From: an uncultured Acidobacteriota bacterium
Lineage (GTDB): Bacteria; Acidobacteriota; Vicinamibacteria; Vicinamibacterales; UBA2999
Assembly (NCBI GenBank): GCA_963802675.1
Contig: CAWDJL010000001.1
Coordinates: forward strand, 4,112 to 68,111
Length of the DNA: 64,000 nt
Direction of reading: 5' to 3'
The translations under genes and the position numbers were made by a program. Shown piece after piece: positions 58,008 through 64,000 of this stretch (positions within the stretch are counted from its first letter, which is position 1; every line of letters starts with the position of its first letter). The notes under the pieces are model-generated. The model did no database searches, was not told where the DNA came from, and saw only the letters and a list, made by a program, of their open reading frames with translations.

Positions 58008-59747
58008 TTAGGCCCCCGGACGTCCTCGCCGCACCGGCGGGTTCTTCAGCAGCTTGTACTGATTGATCGCCGCGTTCACCTTGAACTCGAGACCCATGCG
58101 ACCAATCTCGGCGGTGGCCTTCATCGGATCGCCTGAGACGCCGGAGTCCGCGGGTCCTCCCCACGGTTTGATCTGATCCTTCCGAATGCCGGCAGGTCGC
58201 ACGTGCAGCATTTGCGACGTGTCGCTGATGCCGGCATGGCTCCCGATGATGCTTTCGTCGTAGCCAAAGGCCGCTTCCATCCAAGCCCGGTAGTGCTCGC
58301 GTCCCTCTTCGTAATAGCCCGTCAGCGCGTACACCTTGGCGCCGCCGTCCTTCCATTCTTCGTTCAGCTTGCTCGCGACGTTGGTCATCCCGGCTTGATT
58401 GCCTCCGCTGTCGCCGATGAAGAGGATGTCAGTAAAGCCGTGCGCCTTCAGGCTTCGTGCCGCGGCGTCGAGCAACATGTCGTACGCGGGTGAGGGCAGT
58501 GAGATCACCCCAGGCCCCGCGCGATCTGGATCGCCTTCAGGCACGTACTGAATCATCGGCGCGACGAGGGCGTTTTTGAGCCGCCGGGCCATCAGGTTGG
58601 CGCCATGCGTGACGATGTAATTGTGCTTGCCGAGAATCATGTGGTACCCGTTCTTCTCGGTACCGCCGATTGGCACGATCACCGTCGTCTTACCCGCCTT
58701 GATCCCGTCGCGCGTTTCTTCCCAGGTGAGCTCGTCGATGAAGACCGTGTCCGGCGCCTGCGACGGCGAGATGCCGGCGGGCGCGGTCGCAACGGTCGGA
58801 CCCGGTGGCGTTGCGGGCGCGTTCCCGGCGGGACCCGCCGCACGGCGACCAGCCCCACCCCCCCCACCAGGTCCACCAGCGCCAGGGGCTTCAGCTGTTG
58901 CGGGCTGAATGGTGCCGGCAATCAATCCCCTCGCCTGTGCGATGGCGTTGTCGATCTTGATCTGCACGAACGTCTTGCCGAGTTCGGCAGTGGCCTTGGT
59001 CGGGTCGCCGCTGACGCCGCTGTTGTCGTAGCCACCACCGGGCGCCAGCTTGTTCTTCCGCACATGCTTGGCATTGACGAACAGCATCTCCGACGTGTCC
59101 TGGATGTTGGCATGCCCGCCAATCTGGTCGGCGGGGATCCCGAGCTTGCTCGTGATGTAGGTGCGCTGGTCGGCGTGCGACTTGGTGTAATAGTCGTCGA
59201 CCCAGAACGCCTTAACCTCGCCCTTCCACAGTTCGTTCAGCTTGGCAGCCGCTGTTCGCATACCAGTGCGGTTGCCACCAGACTCGCCCACGAACAAGAT
59301 CGTCGTAAACCCGCCGGACTTGAGGCTCCGGCCGGCACTGACGAGCAGTTCCACGAAACGATCTTCCGGGAGCGTGATGGTGCCAGGTTTGCCCATATGA
59401 CCGCTGGGCGGGTCCCAGCTCCCTTCGGGCACATACGTAATGATGGGTGCGACGAGGGTCTTGCCGAGGCCGCGTGCGATCTTGTCGGCGGCGTACTCGA
59501 GCACGAACTTGTGCTCGCCATCCACCATGTGCGGCCCTTTCTGTTCGGTGCCCGCGGTGCCGATGATGACGGTGGTCGTGCCGGCCTTGACCAGGTCTCG
59601 AGCCTCGGCCCAGGTCAGATCTTCGAGAAAGACCGTGTCGGGAGCCTGGCCGGCCGGACCCGTCGGCGGGGCATCGGCAGGCCGTTGGGCGGAAACTCCG
59701 GCCAGCGACAGCACGACCAGCGACGTCAGAGTTGCGAGTGTTTTCAT
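58008..59747 (-). CDS. Secreted protein with two tandem creatininase-family domains
   Basis: DTVF..(E/D)LTW.E, GTE..G.H, SGGN, GH/SHA..DTS and SGVSGDP each occur twice; Gly/Pro linker. Confidence 0.85.
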   Translation of the reverse strand: MKTLATLTSLVVLSLAGVSAQRPADAPPTGPAGQAPDTVFLEDLTWAEARDLVKAGTTTVIIGTAGTEQKGPHMVDGEHKFVLEYAADKIARGLGKTLVAPIITYVPEGSWDPPSGHMGKPGTITLPEDRFVELLVSAGRSLKSGGFTTILFVGESGGNRTGMRTAAAKLNELWKGEVKAFWVDDYYTKSHADQRTYITSKLGIPADQIGGHANIQDTSEMLFVNAKHVRKNKLAPGGGYDNSGVSGDPTKATAELGKTFVQIKIDNAIAQARGLIAGTIQPATAEAPGAGGPGGGGGAGRRAAGPAGNAPATPPGPTVATAPAGISPSQAPDTVFIDELTWEETRDGIKAGKTTVIVPIGGTEKNGYHMILGKHNYIVTHGANLMARRLKNALVAPMIQYVPEGDPDRAGPGVISLPSPAYDMLLDAAARSLKAHGFTDILFIGDSGGNQAGMTNVASKLNEEWKDGGAKVYALTGYYEEGREHYRAWMEAAFGYDESIIGSHAGISDTSQMLHVRPAGIRKDQIKPWGGPADSGVSGDPMKATAEIGRMGLEFKVNAAINQYKLLKNPPVRRGRPGA

Positions 59748-59773
59748 GGTGAACTCGGCGTTATTCTACGCGG

Positions 59774-60797
59774 ATGACCACCAAACGCGTGACCCGGCGC
59801 GATCTCCTGCGCCGAATGACCGCGGTCGTCGCTGCCACCGCCATGCCAGGCTCGCGGGGCGAAGCCTCGGCGCTGGTTCAGCCGGCGACGGGGCCCACCG
59901 AGCCGCGATTTTTCCCCGGATTCAAGCCACTCAAGGTGCAGGTGACGGGGGCCACCATCAATGGCGTGATGGCTGGCCAGGGCCCTCCGGTGCTGCTGCT
60001 TCATGGCGCGCCGCAGTCGCATATCTCCTGGCGTCTGGTTGCGCCCGAGCTCGCCAAGGACCACACCATCGTGGTGACCGACCTCCGTGGGTACGGCGAT
60101 AGCAGTAAGCCACCCGATGCTGACAAGCACGCGAGCTATTCGAAGCGGGCGATGGCATTTGATCAGGTCGAAGTTGATGGGGAGGCTCGGGTTCGAGAAG
60201 TTCGCCGTCATCGGTCACGATCGTGGCGGTCGCGTCGGGCATCGCATGGCGTTGGACCACGCCGACAAGGTGACGCATCTTGCGGTGCTCGACATCGTTC
60301 CGACGCACTATCTCTATACCCACGTGACGCTCGAGTTCGTTCAAGCCTACTTTCACTGGTTCAACTACCTGCGTCCCGCGCCCGCGCCTGAGAATCAGAT
60401 CAAGGAAGAACTCGAACGGCTCGCATCGAAAATGACGTCCGAGGTCAACTCCGAATATCTGCGAGTGCGCAGCGACCCTGCGAACATTCACGGGATGTGC
60501 GAGGACTATCGCGCGGCCGCGTCGATCGATCTGGAGCACGACAAGACCGATCTCGACAAGAAGATCGCGTGTCCGTTGCTCGCGTTGTGGGGCGCCAAGG
60601 CGCCGATGGGTCGGCTCTATGACGTCCTGTCGATCTGGAGGGAACGTGCGACCAACGTCAGCGGGCGATCGCTTCCCGCTGGTCACAACCTGCAGGAAGA
60701 CGCGCCCGATCTCGTGCTGGCGGAACTGCGAGCGTTTCTCGATGGCAAGGCCTCGCCACACGCACGCGTTCGTCGCGGCCGCTTCTCTCGCCGCTGA
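59774..60797 (+). CDS. Fluoroacetate dehalogenase-like alpha/beta hydrolase with Tat signal; +1 frameshift at about 60174
   Basis: TRRDLL, HGAPQ, DLRGYG, YSKRAMA.DQ; second frame GHDRGGR, LDIVP, FHW, CEDYRA, GH. Confidence 0.82.
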
Positions 60798-60812
60798 CCA
60801 GGACGACCGTCT

Positions 60813-63800
60813 TTGGCGTGGCTCTTCCTGCTGGCGTACACGAGTTCTGGGCTGGCAGGGCTCATTTATCAAGTCAGCTGGACACGGCTGCTGACGCTCT
60901 ATCTCGGGCACTCGACGGCTGCAGCAAGCTCGGTGGTCGCCGCGTTCCTGGGCGGTCTTGCGCTCGGTGCCGCAATCGGGGGTCGAGTCGCGCCTGGCCT
61001 TCGGCCGCGGCAGGCGCTCATCGGGTACGCCCTCCTCGAAGCTGCGGTCGGCATCTTCGCGTTCGTCCTGCCGTATGAGCTGAACGGGCTCACGCCGATA
61101 CTTCGCTGGGCCTACGCGGACGGATCGCCAGGTGCGCTCTTTGCGGCGGTGCGAGTGGCGTCGTGTGTCGTCCTGGTTCTCGTCCCCGCGACTGCGCTCG
61201 GTGCGACGTTCCCCCTGGCCATTCGCTGGTTTGCGAGTGACGCCGTCAACCGTGCGTGGTCGACGAGCCTGCTCTACACGCTCAACACGATCGGTGCCGC
61301 TGCCGGCGCGCTGCTGGCTGGATTCTGGTTGATCCCGACATTCGGTCTTTCCGTCACGACGATGGTTGCCATCGCTGGCAGCGGCATTGCCGCGTGTGCG
61401 GCTTGGGCGCTTGTCTGGAGTCACTCATCGCCACGCCGTCGACGCATCAGCAACGTCGGCGATGACGTTGTACCTGCCCGCAACAAGCGAGGCAAGAAGC
61501 AGCCGCCGCGCGCGTTAGCCGCGACCGAAGGCTCCACCCCCCGCAGCCTCGTGCCGATGGTCGCGCTCGGCATTTCGGGATTTGCCGCGTTGATCCATGA
61601 GATTGCCTGGACCCGTGTCCTCACGCTGGTGCTGGGGCCCACGATTTACGCGTTTGCCGCCACGCTCGCGGCCGTGATTCTCGGAATCGCGGTCGGATCC
61701 GGTCTTGGGGCCGTTCTGGTTGCGCGTTCGCGGCGCGTTGCGGTCTGGTTGTCGCTGACGTTGACGGTCGCGGCGGCGACGGCAAGCCTGACCTCCGCGC
61801 TGGCAGGCGGGGCTGTGCCGCGTCTGGTCGCGCGCCAAGCGGCGTCGGGGTCGCTGACCTTCGATCAGATGCTGATCCAAGGCCTGTTCGTGGCGGCAGC
61901 GCTGATCCTGCCGACCACGATGTGTCTCGGGGCCGCATTCCCGCTGGCGCTCAGACTGGTCGACGATCCGCTGCACGCGGCGGAGCGAAGGTTTTCGGTC
62001 CTCTACTCGCTGAACTCGATCGGCGCTGTGCTGGGCTCGCTCGCCGCCGGGTTCCTTGTGATCCCTCGCCTCGGGCTTCAACACACGATGACGGTCGTGA
62101 GCTCGGGCCTCGTTGTCGCGGCCCTGGTCGTTGCTGTCTGGGCTGGCCTCACGAGTGCGGATCGCATGCGGAGTATCCTCGCCAGCGGCCTCGCAACGCT
62201 GATCATCACGCTGAGTCCATCCTGGGATCGTGCCCTTCTCGCGAGTGGCGTGTATCTCTACGCGCCTTTCGTCCCAAAGGACTTGGATCTTGAAACGCAA
62301 CTCAAGGCGGGCACGCTCCTTTATTACGGCGAAGGCGCTGTGGCAACGGTAACTGTCAAGCGACTCACGGGGACGACAACGCTTGCAGTCGACGGCAAGA
62401 CGGATGCGTCGAATCGGGGCGATATGCTGACGCAGAAATTGATCGCCCATCTTCCGCTGCTTCTCCACGAGAATCCTCGTGATGTGGCGATCGTCGGGCT
62501 TGGTAGTGGCGTGACCGTCGGTTCAGCCCTTCGACATCCCATCAGCCGTGCAGACGTGATCGAGCTGTCACGGGAGGTTGTCGAGGCGTCACAGCACTTT
62601 GTCTCCGAGAACCACGATGCGCTAAGGGATCCGCGAACACACCTGATCGTGGGCGATGGGCGCTCGCACCTGGTCTTGTCGAGCCGGCAGTACGATGTCG
62701 TCATTTCCGAGCCATCCAACCCGTGGATCGCAGGCGTCGCGGCGCTCTTCACACGCGAGTTCTTTCAGACGGTTCGTGATCGCCTGGCGCCTGGGGGCAT
62801 CGTCTGCCAATGGGCGAACACCTACAACATCAGCGACGCCGACCTCCGGGCTATTGTCGCCACGTTTCGCTCAGTCTTTCCTGATGCCACAGCCTGGCTG
62901 GTGGGTGGAGACGACCTGCTGCTGCTGGCGTCGAACGCACCGATTGGTCCTCGACTGACCAACATCGAGCGTCATTGGGCGAGGCATGGCGTGACCGACG
63001 ACTTGGCGCTCGTCGGCGCCGTCGAGCCTTTTGCCATCTGGTCATTGTTCGTCGGTGGCCCTGAGGAGCTGGCGCGCTACTCGACGGGAAGTTCGATCCT
63101 GACCGACGACCGGATGTCGCTGGAGTTTTCTGCGCCACGCGAGATTCATCGGCGGGACGTTGCCGGCAACATCGCGGCGCTTGCGCCGCCGGCTTCAGAA
63201 GGTGTCGTTCAAGGCCCGGCGATCGTTCGCAACGCAATCGCGTCGGCCACAGCCGCGCAGTGGCGGAACCGTGGGCTGATGATGGCGAAGCGCGACGCGC
63301 ACTCTACCGCTTTCAATGACTACGTACGGGCGCTGACGCTCGATCCTTCGGATGCGCAAGCGCTCGATGGGTTTGTGCGGAGCGCGGTGCTGATGCGACG
63401 TGCCGGAGATGCGCTGTCGTGGTTCACGACCTTGACGGCGGCTCGCTCGCCGGCCCCGCTGACCCTTGTCGCCCGCTCGAAGCTTCTGGCGGCAACCGGT
63501 TCCGCTGAGGAAGCCTTGGAGGCTGCACGGCGTGCCAGCCGCGCCGAACCGGTGACTGCTGAAGCGTTCGAGCAAGTCGCGACCCTGTTGGCCGACGCGG
63601 GCGACACCGTCCGGCTCGATGCAACCGTCGAAGATCTCCGGCAGATCGCGCCACACAAAGCATCGTCGTCCTACTTCGCGGCGGTATCGGCCTTTCTGCG
63701 CGGACGGGCTGACGAAGCGGTCACGCTGGCAGAAGAGGCGATCGCCCTGGATTCTTCGTTCGCGCCTGTCTACGATCTCCTTGGAGCCGCGAAGACGAAG

Positions 63801-64000
63801 CTCGGCCAGGATCATGCGGCCCGTGCCGCATTCGAGACGTCCCTGCGATTCGATTCGCACGACAGCACGGCTTACACCAACCTTGGGCTGCTGGAGCTGT
63901 CCGATGGCAATCGCGAGTTGGCGCGGAACTACTTTGCGGAGGCGCTGTGGCTGAATCCTGATTCCGCCACAGCGCGTGAAGGTCTGCGACGAGTGAGTCA
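60813..64000 (+). CDS. Fused MFS-like membrane domain / spermidine synthase with C-terminal TPRs (runs off the window)
   Basis: Translated by hand from TTG 60813: SGLAGLIYQVSWTRLL, IVGLGSGVT, GDGR, YDVVISEPSNPW, TPR helices. Absent from the ORF track because no stop falls in the window; start and end are in the same frame. Confidence 0.85.
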   Translation, partial: MAWLFLLAYTSSGLAGLIYQVSWTRLLTLYLGHSTAAASSVVAAFLGGLALGAAIGGRVAPGLRPRQALIGYALLEAAVGIFAFVLPYELNGLTPILRWAYADGSPGALFAAVRVASCVVLVLVPATALGATFPLAIRWFASDAVNRAWSTSLLYTLNTIGAAAGALLAGFWLIPTFGLSVTTMVAIAGSGIAACAAWALVWSHSSPRRRRISNVGDDVVPARNKRGKKQPPRALAATEGSTPRSLVPMVALGISGFAALIHEIAWTRVLTLVLGPTIYAFAATLAAVILGIAVGSGLGAVLVARSRRVAVWLSLTLTVAAATASLTSALAGGAVPRLVARQAASGSLTFDQMLIQGLFVAAALILPTTMCLGAAFPLALRLVDDPLHAAERRFSVLYSLNSIGAVLGSLAAGFLVIPRLGLQHTMTVVSSGLVVAALVVAVWAGLTSADRMRSILASGLATLIITLSPSWDRALLASGVYLYAPFVPKDLDLETQLKAGTLLYYGEGAVATVTVKRLTGTTTLAVDGKTDASNRGDMLTQKLIAHLPLLLHENPRDVAIVGLGSGVTVGSALRHPISRADVIELSREVVEASQHFVSENHDALRDPRTHLIVGDGRSHLVLSSRQYDVVISEPSNPWIAGVAALFTREFFQTVRDRLAPGGIVCQWANTYNISDADLRAIVATFRSVFPDATAWLVGGDDLLLLASNAPIGPRLTNIERHWARHGVTDDLALVGAVEPFAIWSLFVGGPEELARYSTGSSILTDDRMSLEFSAPREIHRRDVAGNIAALAPPASEGVVQGPAIVRNAIASATAAQWRNRGLMMAKRDAHSTAFNDYVRALTLDPSDAQALDGFVRSAVLMRRAGDALSWFTTLTAARSPAPLTLVARSKLLAATGSAEEALEAARRASRAEPVTAEAFEQVATLLADAGDTVRLDATVEDLRQIAPHKASSSYFAAVSAFLRGRADEAVTLAEEAIALDSSFAPVYDLLGAAKTKLGQDHAARAAFETSLRFDSHDSTAYTNLGLLELSDGNRELARNYFAEALWLNPDSATAREGLRRVS

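Overview
High-GC bacterial chromosomal window, most likely Acidobacteriota of class Vicinamibacteria (inferred from the PadR + ADOP permease pair, many signal-peptide enzymes and REP/short-tandem-repeat intergenic elements). It holds about 50 genes and no visible rRNA, tRNA, CRISPR array or transposase. Recognisable blocks: a ChdC/HemQ-like gene divergent from an SCO + caa3 cytochrome c oxidase operon, with a candidate Rex box between them; pntAB; mscL; cyclic-nucleotide signalling genes; AlkZ-like + bshB1 + bshA; a hydrolase-ABC-ECF sigma operon; and an MFS/spermidine-synthase-TPR fusion that runs off the end. Two candidate undescribed systems stand out. (1) A tightly packed 7-gene operon at 37283-47369 (class I HMG-CoA reductase, UbiA prenyltransferase, rifampin-phosphotransferase-like dikinase, BtaA/DUF3419, polyprenol kinase-like membrane protein, GNAT, AMP-ligase), with a divergent B12 radical SAM gene, that looks like a pathway for an unknown lipid. 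(2) A four-helix-bundle (23S-IVP/Avd-like) gene enclosed by inverted heptamer arrays, with a gene-less copy nearby and several other 7-9-mer inverted arrays at gene 3' ends. Three genes carry +1 frameshifts that are probably read errors.
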